Shown here piece after piece: positions 40,716-53,755 of a stretch of 64,000 bases of DNA. Position 1 is the first letter of the stretch. Every line of letters starts with the position of its first letter. This DNA comes from Atractiella rhizophila. Lineage: Eukaryota. The stretch spans positions 77,641 to 141,640 of the forward strand of contig MU271210.1 in the NCBI GenBank assembly GCA_021432655.1, written 5' to 3'. Under the pieces are notes generated by a model, which saw only the letters and a list, made by a program, of their open reading frames with translations, was not told where the DNA came from and did no database searches. The position numbers were made by a program, and so were the translations under genes.

Positions 40716-42259
40716 TCAAAACATCATCCTCGCCGCGTTCTCCGCTACCGTCCCATCTCCGTCTGCTTCCATCGCTTTTTCCCAGCTCCTCTCCACTGCC
40801 CACCTCCAATATTCGTCCAACGTGTTCCTCGGCACGTTATAGCCCAGGAGGGAGATGACGTAGAGGATGAAAGCGAGTGCGATGGGGGCGAGGAAGTATT
40901 GGGAGTGTCGGATGAAGGGGAGGGCGTTGTAACCTAGATCTGAAATGCACGACCAGGTCATGTTCATGCTTCATAACGAAGGATAGGGAGAGGGAGGTGA
41001 GTGGAAAGGAAGGAGGACAAACAGGTAACGTAGATGTACTGCGACACTGCGACCAGGTACAAGCTGTTACCAAGGAGCAAGCACACCCAATTGTCCCTCC
41101 TTAGAACGGGGGCGAGGATGAGTTGGATGTAATAGAGGAAGACGAGGATGGGGACGAAGGAGTTGAGGTGAACGTCGAGAGCGTACGACCATTCGACTCG
41201 GTTTCCTTGCGTTGCTAGGAAGCGGTTACATGTCCACCTGTCAGGTAATCAAGTATCCATCACTGGTCAGTATTTACATATATAACGGGAAGGAAAGAAG
41301 AGAGACGAACCAAAGCAATGTTGCGAGTACTAAGCCGGGGAGAAGGAAGTCGAACCCGATCATCCGGAGGGAGGAGAGGATGATGACGCGAAAGTAAGCG
41401 GAGGAAGGACGAAGGTAAAAAAGGGTCCAGAAGACGGAAGCTCCTTTATACATCATTTCACGCTCAGTTGAAAGGACCTATGAGAGGGAGGTAGAAAGTG
41501 CGAACCAATCAGAGAGGCGGAAAGGAGGACGAGCATCGCCGGATCGTCTCTTGCCCAGGTGTTCTTGGTTTCTGTACTCATGTGGTTGCGTTAAGGATTT
41601 GTTGGACGAAGGCGAAGGGAAACGTACGCTTCTGGTAATACACATTTCGATACCTGTTCCAGAAGGCGTGAAATGTCAGTTCCTGTTAAGAGACAGAGCA
41701 GAGGGAGAAGTTCATTGGAAACACTTTCAGCCTTTTACCATGAAATAAACAATTGTGTGTGCCTTCGAGATCCTGTCATAACACAAGGGAAAGAACATAT
41801 GTTCACAGCGAAATGTACTATCTCCTGAAAGCGCTTGAGAAGGCAACTTCAAGGCTTCAGTCTGCCATTATGGTCAAAAGCACTGTGCAACCCGCAATCA
41901 TTCGATCCTTTCATATTTCAGGATCACTGCCTTCCCTCCAAACGAAAAAACAAGGCTGCCATTGACTTTTGTCAAGACAGAATGAGAACAGAGCTGCACT
42001 CTCTGAACTGGCTCCAATTCGCAGCAAGTGCACTCTCACGACCACCCAGAAGCGAAGGAGAAAGGAAACCAACATACACCCTCCTCGGAGCAATGACCAA
42101 GTGAACGATTTGCCAACTCGCGAGCTCAAAATCCAACTGCGTCCAGCGTGAAGGCACGAGTCGCTTGAGCCAGCTCCGATTGGTAGTCAGCCGTGGATGC
42201 CTTGAGAGCGACGGAGTAGGTGGGAGAGGCGGCACGGCGGAGAGTGGGAGGACTGCCAT
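40716..42259 (-). CDS. UNC-50 / Gmh1 family Golgi membrane protein
   Basis: QLDFELASWQIVHLVIAPRRVY, KNTWARDDP, VEWSYALDVHLNSFVP and GYNALPFI are UNC-50 family motifs, with several transmembrane segments. Confidence 0.9.
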
Positions 42260-42483
42260 TTAGGCGTAGAATAAGGAGAAAAGAAAAGAACTCTTCTGTG
42301 ACTGTGAAGGATATGTGAGATTGTCAAGTATCACGTGATGAAGTACCCAGAAAAAACTGTCAACCAGCGCAGAGTTCGATTTCCACTCCAGCCACAGCGT
42401 GAATCTGGGACTCTACCATCACCTACATTCATCGTTTAATACTTTATTCCTCTTAACTTGCGAAAACGCCGCGAAAAACGAAG

Positions 42484-45400
42484 ATGGAAGACGAGGTCGA
42501 CTACGAAAACGAAGATGTCATCTCACTCCCATCCCCCACCCGCCACTCTCCCTCTCCCCAGCCCGAACCAGGCTCTCAAGGTCGCACCAGCCATATTTCA
42601 CTCGTGGACCGACTCGAAAAAGGGCGCCCTTCGCTCCCCACCCCGATCACTACCACTAACACCCAATCTTCCTCCTCCTACTCTAATCCTCCGGGAAACG
42701 ACGCATTCGCTAATTCGAGCTCGTTGAATGCTATTGCTCAAACTTTACCGAGGGGCTGGGACGTTATGGCGAGCAGGAATGACCCAAATCAATATTATTA
42801 TTATGACACTGTCAGCGGAGACACGACCTGGGAAAGACCTACGGAGCCCAGTAAAGCTTGGTTGATGAAGTTTGGAAGTAAGTGTTCTCTTCTGCAGAGT
42901 CGTAGGATTTGTGCGGATATCTCAGCGCATTCATTCTTTTACGCCCTACATTAAACCGGTGTAACTTGTCTATGTGTCGGAGTTGATGTTTTGGATTGAG
43001 ACTGACGTTATATCACGGTTCGTTTGTACAGATCAAAGTCCACCTCCACCGCCCGTCATTCCACCGCCGAGGGAGCCTGTCTATGGTGAGTTAATCTAAG
43101 CGATCCAATTGGTGGCGTAGCAGAGGATAAGGGATGGTTTAATTTGGTTTTGTCCTCGGCGTGACCTTGTCGAGCTTTACAGTGGATGGAAGGTGGATTC
43201 ACTCTTCCCTCGGTGGGAGAGGCAGTTTGGAGCTTGTCTAGGACTTTTCTGGCGTGTTTGTGGCTGTCGCACCATCTCGTGGTGCAAGCTCATACGGCAC
43301 AACGATGGTCTTTGGGGACCGAGAGGATGAAGCGTCGACGAAGACGTGCGGGAGTTTCAATTCGTCCTATCCTCGTAACGTAACGTAACGTCAAAGTCTT
43401 CGTCCTCTCCTCTCCTCTCCTCTCCTCTCCTCCTCTCGTGCCTTCCTCGTCGAAACCGCCTCCGCGTCCGTCCATCGCTCATCCCTCCCCTCTTCTTCTA
43501 GTCCGCGAACAGATGCACCGTCTCACCACCACCATCGCCACCCCGGCCGCCAGTACTAATCCGACAAACACTGGACCGCCCACCCAACCGGCGCTCATGC
43601 GAGACGCGCCTAAAGGACCCGCCGCAATGACTGGCGGTCGTGACTCTAGGGACCATAGAGATCACCATCACCCATCTCAATCGAACGGAGGTGGAGGAGC
43701 CTGTAAGCCTTCACCCTGGTCTTCTCCTTTCTCTCCGCCCTGGAATGTCGAGGTTTACATCATTCGGTTTTTTTTGGCGTCCAGCGAGACCGTATTCTCA
43801 ACAGAGCTCGCACCAAGGTCATGGACGTAGCGCGCCACCGTTGCCGACTGGACCGTCGTCCAGATTAGGACCCGTATCTGTGACAACCCCAACTCCTGCA
43901 AGTGCAGGAAGAGACGCACCAACTAACGCTCCGACGGGCCCTAAACGACTTAGACCTTCATCGCCTCCCCCGGCGGATGCTCCAACTGGTCCTTCCCGTC
44001 TCAGAAGGGAGCTGAGGGATAGCGATCCGCCTCCGGTTCGAAAAAGCGGGACGCCTTCTGAGCGTCGTGAGCTTCGAGACTCGGATCCTCCTCCCGTGAG
44101 AGAAAGGAGGAGCATCAGAGATCCGGAACCTGTCTTGAGTAGAGAGAATAGTCTTAGGGATAGGGATAGAAGAGAGTTGAGAGATTCCGATCCTCCGCCT
44201 ACGAGAGAAAGTAGGGAGAGGAGGGATATCAGAGACTCTGATGCCCCACCGACGAGAGATGTGAGGGAGAGGAGAGAGTTGAGAGACTCTGATCCACCTC
44301 CGACGCGGGATAGGAGAGAAGCGGAGGATAGAGATAGACCGGTGAGACGGGAGAGGGAGCCTCCAAAGGACGCTCCTACTGGACCAAGGGAGGTGCGAGA
44401 AACGAGGGAACGACGTCTGTGAACTTCTTACACCCGTCTTGCATGAGTATTAAGCTTCGCATGTAGCACCTCCACCGCCTCCCAAGATGTCAGGGACAAA
44501 CAACGTTGGACCACGTGTGGATGTAGGATGGGGAGCGAGGAAGGAGAAGCTTGATGCTGAGAAGAAGAAGGATGAGGATAGAGAGCGCGAAAAGGAGAGG
44601 GAGAGGGAACAGGATAGAGAACGGGAACGGGAAAAGGAGAGGGAAAGGGAAAGGGAAAGGGAAGAACGAAGAAGGACGTAAGCATCTTTTTATTTTGCGT
44701 GGAACGATGAATTGACTAGGTTGGATGGGACAGCGAGGAACGCCCGAGAGAGCGAGAGAGAGAGAGGGAAGTGGAAAAGGAAGGCTCAAGCTTCAAGCGG
44801 GGGTAAATTTCTCACTTCTCTTCTTGAATACAGTCCTAAATTTTCATTAGCAATGATCGAGACCGCGAACGTGATGCGGATCAGAGATTGAAGGTGAACC
44901 CTGCGCGCCTTGGACTTATCAGCAGTGGCGGTACGTCCTGTCACTAATAGCCAAATCGCTGTCATGTCCTGATTGCGAATATGAGAATAGGAGAACCCGC
45001 AGCTCGCAAGCGGGAACGGTCTCCTTCACCTACGATCGCCTCCAAGAGACAGAGGGAGTTTTCTCCGCCAGCTACGAAAACGACGCAAAAGGAAGAGACG
45101 AGGAACAAGTGGCCGGAACGTCCTGTTCGGAAGGAGAGGTCGCCGTCTCCAAAGCGTCCTGTCGGCAGAAGGAGGTCACTGTCCCCTCTCCCTAGGGATC
45201 GAGAACGAGAACGGGATAGGACGGAGAGGGAGATTCCTCCCCATATGCGCGGTCGTCGCCACAGTCCTCCACCAGCTGTCCTCCCTCCGATCTCGCTTGG
45301 CTTTTCTTCCAACCGACGACGCAGCCCTTCCCCCCCTCCAATCGGAATGGGACGCCGTCCTTCCCGCTCGCCACCTCCCATCGGTTACTTGCGTGATCGT

Positions 45401-46373
45401 GAGAGAGAACGGGAGAGGGAGAGGAGGAAGGATGATTTTGACCCTGACGCGAGAAGGGAGAGGATGGAGGAGCGCGAGAGATTGAGAAGGCCCGAGAGGG
45501 ATGATCCCGCCGCAGCTAGGAGGGAGGTGGCGAGAACGACGGGGAGGGACCTTGGGATCGATAGATATGTACCTTCTGAAGAGAGGGAAAGGGGGAGGAG
45601 GAGGGAACGATCGCGATCGAGATCGCCAGCTAGAGTGCGTTATAATCTTGCTTTGCTGAAGGCTGATTTGACTCATGGATATGACATTTCAGACTTCGCG
45701 CTTGGGTGATTTATGGCCGCCTCCAGGCCATGCCCCAGCTACCCGACGAGACGAACCACATTCAGGAAGGAAAGAACGACAGGCTCCCCCCTCCCAACTT
45801 CCACCACCGCCCTCCTCCCTCCCCGCTCGTCCCAACGGTTCGGGACCAACCGCTGTGCTTGTCGCGTCCTCCTCTCCTCCGAAGCCTATGCCTCTGCCAC
45901 CGACTGTGCACTCAAGCTCGCTCCCCAGCTTACCTCCTGCCGCTCCTGTACAGGTGGAAGTGGAAGGCCAGACGCCTGTGGTGGTCCCGTCGAAAGGGGA
46001 GGCGGTTGTTGTTCCGACTGTCGCAGTGGAAGGACAGGAACCTGTGCCGATGCCGGGGAACGTCGTCATCAGAGAAGAATCGGCTGTGGTGGGGCTCCCC
46101 GAGATCGTGGAGAAGAAGGAACTGCAGGAAATAGCTCGGGAGGCAGTTGCCGAGGGGAAAGAGGAGGTGCCAATACCCGCCCGGAGTGAGAAGATTGTTG
46201 AGACCCAGATGGGAGCTGGAGATAAGGGGAAAGCAGAAATACACATTAAGGGGACCGGTGGTGGTGGTGCAGCTGGAGGACAGGAAAAGAAGAGTTTGAT
46301 GGAAAGGATATCTGGGGTTGAGGAAGATGATTCGAAGAAAACGAGGAGGAGCAAGAGGACCAGGAAGAAGTGA
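42484..46373 (+). CDS. WW-domain protein with Arg/Asp/Glu/Ser-rich low-complexity body (probable RNA-processing factor)
   Basis: LPRGWDVMASRNDPNQYYYYDTVSGDTTWERP (WW domain); repeated PTGP/PKGP and RRELRDSDPPP motifs, RE/RD dipeptide runs and RSRSRSP. Confidence 0.75.
43375..43437. repeat. Intronic microsatellites (GTAAC)3 and (CTCCT)n
   Basis: GTAACGTAACGTAACG followed by about six CTCTC/CTCCT units. Confidence 0.7.
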
Positions 46374-46861
46374 CGTCCTTGGGTTCCTGTCTTGTCCTGT
46401 CCAATATTTTGATAATGCAACAATGATTTCTAAGCCAATCCCGTTTGAAGGTCTCAGGAAAGATTGTGACTTGTACTGGATGTTAGTCGATGGTTGCAGG
46501 ATAGGGTGTAGAGGGAAGAACTCCCCCGTAGCCGTTGCCGACCGAATCAGACACTCCCCATCCCTCTATTTTCGCTTGCAGTCCAGCTGCTGAGTCAAAG
46601 CAGACGCGTGCCTACGCGTCTCCAGGCTCCTGTTACGTCGATGGAAGGCAGCTAAGATGACCTTGTTTCCTTGTTACGACTGAGTACTGACGGGGCAAAA
46701 CGTTTATAGAAGGTGGGATAAATACGTAATAGAAATTCGAGGCCTTCATATAAACCACCACTCTCTCTCCCACAACGACGATCACCCACTATCGAAATCT
46801 CAACATTTCAACGGGAAAATAACGAATCAGCTATCGATATTCAGCAGAATACTCAGCAATC

Positions 46862-49800
46862 ATGAAACCAGAAATTGTCGACTTGAGGACAGGCAGCATG
46901 GAGGCTGGCTCTTTGGGGAGCCAGCTGTTTGACTCTCTCTCTTCTAAAGAAGTCAGAGGGGAAGGCGATTGGAGATTCTCCAAAACTATAGATCCCAGTT
47001 TGTCTTCTCCCTCCTTTCGCCTCCAGAAGAGGTTAGAGGCTGATGGGAGGGCTTCTGCTCAAGTGGTGCTCTACGACAATGTCGGCCTCGAAATGTACCC
47101 CGAAGTAGCAAACCTCGAAGCATATTACTTGTTCAAAGACGAACTCGATATCTTGAAGAGGCATGGAGACGATATTGTGCGTCCACTAACCCCTGCTTTC
47201 TGTTCCATTTCCGATCACTGACGGGTTGCCTTTTGATTGTGGCGGGAAGGCGGCGAGAATGATGGGCCTTTTCACGGGCTCAGGCGGGCACGCCGAGAAG
47301 GAAGAGAAGTTGAAACAGAATGGCATGAACGGAACGAATGGACATGGAGCGAATGGGAAGTTGAACGAGAACGGGAAGGAGAAATGGGGAGACGACAGAG
47401 TGGGAGCGAACAATTACGGGTCTGCTTTCGAATCCTCTTCGCCTCACTTCTGCCCCGTTGCTGACTGTTATGCGCTTGCCGTGCAGTGTCAATGGATCGT
47501 TGGGCAAGATGAATGGCTGCGATTCTCATTTAGGAGGTCCCGCTGGTGGAGGCACTGTTACGCCGGTGGTAGTGGAGCTGGGTGCTGGGTCCGTCATTTT
47601 TCTTCTCTCCATTACTGCTAATGACCCTAGGACGGATGGTACAGGCCGTTGGAGAAGACCAGCCATCTTCTCGCCAGCTTGCACAAGCTCCACATTCCAG
47701 GGCTCAAGTACTATGCCGTACGTATCTCCCGTGCCTTCTCTCCTCCTACATATTTGAACGACGAATCTGCTTCTTAGCTGGACCTAGAAAAGCGTCAATT
47801 GGTGCAGACGCTTTCCGAACTCACCACCTCCTTCCCCAAAGTCGCCACAGCTCATCCGAGCGACGCTTCAAAGATCTCAGTCGGAGGGATATGTGCCGAC
47901 TATTTCCAAGGCCTAAAATGGCTTTCATCTGGCGGTCTGAACAATTCTTCAACGACCGACCCTCCCAAATGCCTATTGCACCTCGGTTCTTCCTTGGGAA
48001 ACTTCCGCCCTACCTCTGCTATTTCGTTCCTCTCCCGCATCTCGGAGCTCTTCCGTCCCGGAGTGGACAAGCTGCTCATCTGTTTGGATGGATGTCAGGA
48101 TGCGACGAAGATTGAGAGAGCGTATAATGACGAGTTCGGGAAGACGGCTGCTTGGTTTCAGAACGGATGGAGGAATGCGGGTGCCATCTTGCAGGCGAAG
48201 GGTGGAATGCCACCCGCTGAGTACGTCAATAGGTTCAACGCGCAGGAGGGAAGACACGAGGCGTATATGAGGTTAAGGGAGGGTGGAAAGGTGATTGTCA
48301 CGGTGGAAGGGGAAGAGAAGGAGCTTGAGTTCAAAGAAGGAGAACTCGTCAATGTGGAAGTCAGCTACAAGTTGACGGAGAAGCAGGCGAGAGAGATGTT
48401 CAGGAAGAGCGGATTGAGAGTCGTCCAATGTTGGAAGGGAGGGAGGGACGGTGGTGATTATTATGGCGTTTATTTGGTGGAAAGGGGAGACGAGTATGCG
48501 GAGATGGGACGCAATCTACCTAGTATGGAGGAGTGGAGGGGACTGTGGAAGCTCTGGGATGAGGTGACGCTGAACGTGAGTGGTTCCTTTCGCCCCAAGG
48601 TGGCAAGCTGTTGACCGGGGCAATCAGATCATACCGAAGGAGATGTTGCATGAAAAGCCTATTGACCTTAGGCACATTAATTTATTCTATCTTGTCAGTC
48701 CTTCCACTTATTTTGTTGGGTTATCATCCTGACAAGAGAAATAGGGACATGTACGTTGTAACCCTTTGCTTTGGATGACACGATGGTGATCCAAAACAGA
48801 TTCCAACTTTCTTGGATATTCATCTCACCAGAGCGCTGGATGGAAATCCCACCGAACCAGCCTATTTCAGGGATATCTTTGAGCGCGGAATCGATCCGGA
48901 CATGGAAGACCCTACGAAAGTCTGTTTTCCATTTGGAAAGCTTCTCTGCTGTGACTTAGCATTCAACGCCTCTATGCAGATTCACCGTCACTCCAAGGTC
49001 CCGAAGGTGAAAGAAGACTGGCCAACTTTGGAGGAGATCCTCGCCTTCCGCGATGCAGTGAGGAAAAGGGTGGAGACGATTTACGACGAGAAGAAATATG
49101 AGAGAGAAGGAGGAGGTGTCGATAGAGCATTTGGGAGGAGCCTGTGGTTAGGATACGAACATGAAGGTGCGTTCCGTACATTCACTGGCTGCTTTGTTCT
49201 TTGACTGAAGTCGAATGTAGCCATGCACCTGGAGACGATTCTATACATGATCGTGCAAATGGCACCAGAAAAAATTAACCCTCCAAGTTCAGCGAGTATC
49301 CCAGACTTCCGCTCCCTCTCAAATCATTGGAATGCTCTCTATCGTTCTCAAGATTTAGAAACCACTGAGACGTTTCAGCCGTCCTCGTTAAACTTCGGAA
49401 TTGACGATGTCGACACTCGTGACAATGCAGGCCTGTCTCCTTCCCATGTCTATGGCTGGGATAACGAATCCCCGACAAGGATCGTGGAGGTGAAGAAACC
49501 TTTCAAGATCAGCTTGTTGATGATTACGAATGGCGATTACTACGACTTTTGGAAGCAGGAACCAGGCAGGAAGACCCCAGAGAGCTGGAAGGTGGATGAA
49601 ACGGGCAACGTGAGCGTCAAAACGGCTTATGGGCTCGTTCCGCTTGCATATGCGAAGCATTGGCCCGTCACTGGGTGCGGCAACATGCTAACCGACTACG
49701 CGAGAGTGAGTTGGCACCTAAGTTGCGTTGATTTTATCACTAACATGTTGCAATAGTCGAAGGGGGGCAGACTTCCCACTGAATTCGAGTTGCAGATGCT

Positions 49801-50239
49801 CTACGACAAGTATCCGATTAATCCCTTCACCTCGAATGTGGACTTCCAGACCTGGCATCCCGTACCGTAGGCAGACTTTGACATCTAACGCTTGCCTCGG
49901 CTGAGCTGCACCTTTTAGTACCACCGTCAATGCTCCTACTTCTGGCGGAGTATGGGAATGGACTTGCACTTCCTTCGACTTGTACGACGGTTTTGTGAAG
50001 TCTCGACTTTACCCCGAGTACTCTGAAGACTTCTTCGTGAAAGAAGGGCAAGTCGATCATTGGGTTGTCAAAGGTGGAAGTTGGGGAACTGTGAAGAGAA
50101 TCGCTACCAGAAGGAGCTTTAGGAATTGGTATCAGATGAAATATGGGATGTGTTTTGGTAAGTATAATTCATCTCTCTGAGCATGATACTGAAGTCGACG
50201 CACGTAGCTGGCGGACGCATTGTGTGGGACTTGGAATGA
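46862..50239 (+). CDS. EGT1: Ergothioneine biosynthesis protein Egt1 (histidine methyltransferase fused to sulfoxide synthase)
   Basis: LYDNVGLEMY...YYLFKDELDIL, VVELGAG, LGSSLGNF, AYND and EVSYK (EgtD-like); KPIDLRHINLFYLGHIP, FERGIDP, HEAMHLETILYM, GWDNESP, GGVWEWT, LYPEYSEDFF and RRSFRNWYQ (DinB-like + FGE-sulfatase). Confidence 0.93.
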
Positions 50240-51090
50240 ACGCAACATGGCGTATGTGAGTGTAATAGTGCACATATGCTAAGATTACCAACGTGTATCG
50301 GCACTACATGATTAGCCAACTGATGATGCAAATGTATTATTGAACTTTAGGCAAGGTACCAAGTGCCACCTATGCAGCTGCATGAAGCTCGATCTAGACT
50401 TGAAACTTCAACTTAAAGGGGGTGATGGTGCATAGGTAGGCACCTTCCACCAATTCGCCCCCGTCGTTCCTTCAGCCTCTCCTACATTCCATTCCTGTTT
50501 TGCCCCCTCCCACTCGGCCGCTAAGGCTCGGCAACTGCTACAATTGAGCCGTATTGTCCCTCTGCTGGGATCCTACACCGATGTAAGAATACCGGCACTT
50601 GCGCTCGCTCTTAGCCGAGTTGGTGTTCGTTTGAGCCCAGGAGAAGCTAGATGTGAATTCCATATAGCGTTAAAGTCCACCGTGAAACGAAGAGAAAGGC
50701 ACCTTCAAATCCACACAGCTTATGTTGATAGGGGAGGGTGTGAGATTGGGATCGATGGGCGTGAATTCGTAGAGATTGGCCTTTGATCCATGATACGCGA
50801 AAACCGAACTTTACTAATGTTTCTGCTAGTGATCTTGAAGCTAATTTGAGTCACTGTATTCTGTGTTCGTATCCTTGCTGCTTTGTCAGGTCTCAGGAAT
50901 ATTTGTCAGCCTCACGCTCCTCGTTTTCTGCCACTGCAAGAATTCACCAAGCGACATAACACTCCATATTACTCGTCCACACCGTGTAGAATATTAGGGA
51001 CAGTATAAAATATAATGAATGTCATCCACTTGCCACTCAATTTCATACAGGAAACCGAGAGAGATAGGACACTCAAGGAGGAAAGAAACA

Positions 51091-52240
51091 ATGACACCTA
51101 GTCTACAAATAACAGTTGTTATCACTGGTTGCACCAAAGGGGGTCTAGGCTACGAGCTAGCAAAGGCATTTGTAGAGGTTAGATTCCTCTGTTTGATCGG
51201 ATGGGCAAAGCTGAGTGGTCTTAGAGAGGATGCACAGTCTTCGCTACCTCACGAAAGATACAAGGCATGGAAGGACTTCAAGGTACAGTCAGTTTGTCTT
51301 TAACATCACTTTGCTCACAGCCTACTTCATGGAAGAACTGGGCTGCATCCTTGAATGTCTGGACATCACGTCCCCCGACTCCGTGAAGAAGGCAATTGCA
51401 AACATTCTGTCCCACCCAGGCTCAAATGGACGGATAGACGTTCTTATCAATAATTCTGGAGCACTGAAAATCGGGGCCTTCGTCGAGTTTGATTTTGAGA
51501 AAGAGCTAAGAAACATTTTAGAAGTAAACGTAAGCGTTTCCTCGTACTTCGAACGCTGAGATAATTCTAGATTCCAGTTGACAGGAACCATGCGTGTTAC
51601 GCATGAGGTTTTGAATAAATCGATGCTCCAGAACAAGGATGGATTGATCATTACCATTGGATCGCTTGTAGCAAAGCTGTGTGTTTTCCATTCCACTTAC
51701 AACCGCAATCTAAATAGAATGACGCAGACCTCAGATTTGGAGCTCGCCATACTCTGCTGCTAAAGCGGGAGTTCATGGATGGAGCATGGCCTTGCGAGAG
51801 GAACTGAGGCCATTTAACATAGATGTCCTCTATGTTAACTCAGGAGGTATAAAGTCAAACATGACCAAGAAAATGCTTGATGAAGCGATTATCAAGGAAG
51901 GCAGGTCTTCCTCTCCTTCACACAGGAACAATTCTAACTCCAAAACAACGCTCCAGGGTCGCCATTCGCCAGTGCTATCATTGAACAGCTCACCGCCAAT
52001 AGGGAACGAGGGCAAAGGAAATCAATGCCTCCGGAGGTTTATGCTAATAAGGTTATACACGCAACTTTTGGATCATCTGGAGCATTGAATAACGGATCGA
52101 CTGTCAACAAGAGCGTGAACATTGGTTATGGATCTTCAATCATCACCTTTGCCACTAACTGGTTCAATTTGCCATTCTTGATGGGCATGCTGGCAAAGCA
52201 AGCACGGGTGTCATTAGTAGATGTTAGCAAAACAAAGTAG
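51091..52240 (+). CDS. Short-chain dehydrogenase/reductase (Ayr1-like)
   Basis: VVITGCTKGGLGYELA, LDIT, GRIDVLINNSG, catalytic YSAAK and LREELRPFNIDV...GGIKSN. Confidence 0.88.
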
Positions 52241-53755
52241 AGTCTTGGGATATGATAATACTTTATTCTAACAAGCGTGTCATCGTCCCTCGGACTTATA
52301 AGTATGGCTTGATGTGTTTCCCTTCTTCTTCTTTTCCCCAATCACATAACTATTTGTATTGCTTGCACTCACTGATGAGTGATTGGGGACTATTAGTGCT
52401 GAGTGATAGGAAATCAACTTCTCACTCCTAGCAGTACCAGTAATAACAAAGACTCGAGGCGTTTTGTTCAGTTTGTTCGTCTACTTCGAGCTCAAGAAAG
52501 ATTGCTGATGTCATGCAAGGGAAGAGATCAGGCAGCCTTTATAACCTGCCTCCTCCCCTCTTCTCGCTCGATCTCGTCAATCTAATCGTCTACAGCCGTG
52601 CCCCCTTTCTCCCTCACCATGATCACAAATGATCCTAACGTCCATCCAGTCGATGGTGGTACCGCGGTACGAGGAGGTGAGGAGGAATGTGTCGGCCCAT
52701 ATCGGTGACAGACTTATTATGGTATCATATGAGAGGAGTGGTGCAAATTGTCAGTCGCTGCTGACATGGCAAAGCAATGAGCCAGAAAATTGGGGAATGT
52801 AGAAGAGGTAGACGGACTACCGCGAAAGTCAGTGTCAAAGTGGATAATAGATGGTAGTTCGACTGATGGATCTAAGGCACCCTTTTTGTATGGGGGTAAG
52901 AACAGGGTAACGGGAAAAAGTCGACCGCTCCTTTCATCGTGTAGCACTGAGAGACTCTGGACCCAGGACCAACCTGCCCCAGGGATTTAAGAAGTTGGGC
53001 CTTCACGATTTCCTCAACGAGAAAAAAGAACAAATTTATAATTTATGAGGGAGTGTCAGAATGCGGCCATCATGATTGTCAGGCAGAAACATCCATGTCG
53101 GTTCGCATTAGGTTCCATAAACTAGGGACGTTGACTACAATATATCATGAAGCAAATAAACTCCATTTTAGAGCCCTATATTGAGTTTCAAATTCGAACG
53201 ACTGCAAAAGTGGTCCTGAGAAAATAGCGGCTCTAAGCTTGCAAGTTCGAATTTTAGAGATTCCTCGCTTTCATGCGACTCAAGTTTCAAGTTTTTATGG
53301 CCGCCCTATGAAGCAGGGCAAATTGAGCTCCGGCGCTCAAGCGAATACTGTCAACAGGCTGCAGTTAAAATGTAACAACTTTAGGTTGTCAATTTTGAAT
53401 GTTTGAACATTGGTGCAATTATCTTCCGAAGAAAGCAAGTAGCCCGAGTGCCGACAGATTGGAGAGCACAACAATGGTGAACGCTTTACTCTGAGCGATA
53501 CGTCTCACTGGATTTCAGTGTCTATATCTACATGTTGATGTCTTCATTGTAGCATATAGATATCGCTAAACAAAAGATGGGCATGAGCAAAAGGATTGTG
53601 CTGACATGAGCTTGTGCTCCTCTCCCCTGGCTCCCAATCGATCTCAACAACCAAGCAAATGGAAACTCCATCTTCGAGCTATTCCTATACTCCCTCCCAC
53701 CAACGTCTGCCAGTGCACCAGCACCACCATCAAGCCCAACGCCGTTGCGAAGCCC

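Noticed and set aside
42331..42338. TCACGTGA E-box in the UNC-50/WW divergent promoter (also CACGTG at 8239-8244)
   Set aside because: Plausible bHLH sites but too short to support without conservation data.
45176..46423. Antisense ORFs of 166 and 244 aa over the WW gene
   Set aside because: Mirror of purine-rich, low-complexity coding sequence.
53063..53304. GCGGCCAT / ATGGCCGC inverted pair in an AT-rich intergenic region
   Set aside because: Only 8 bp with no target-site duplication; compatible with chance.
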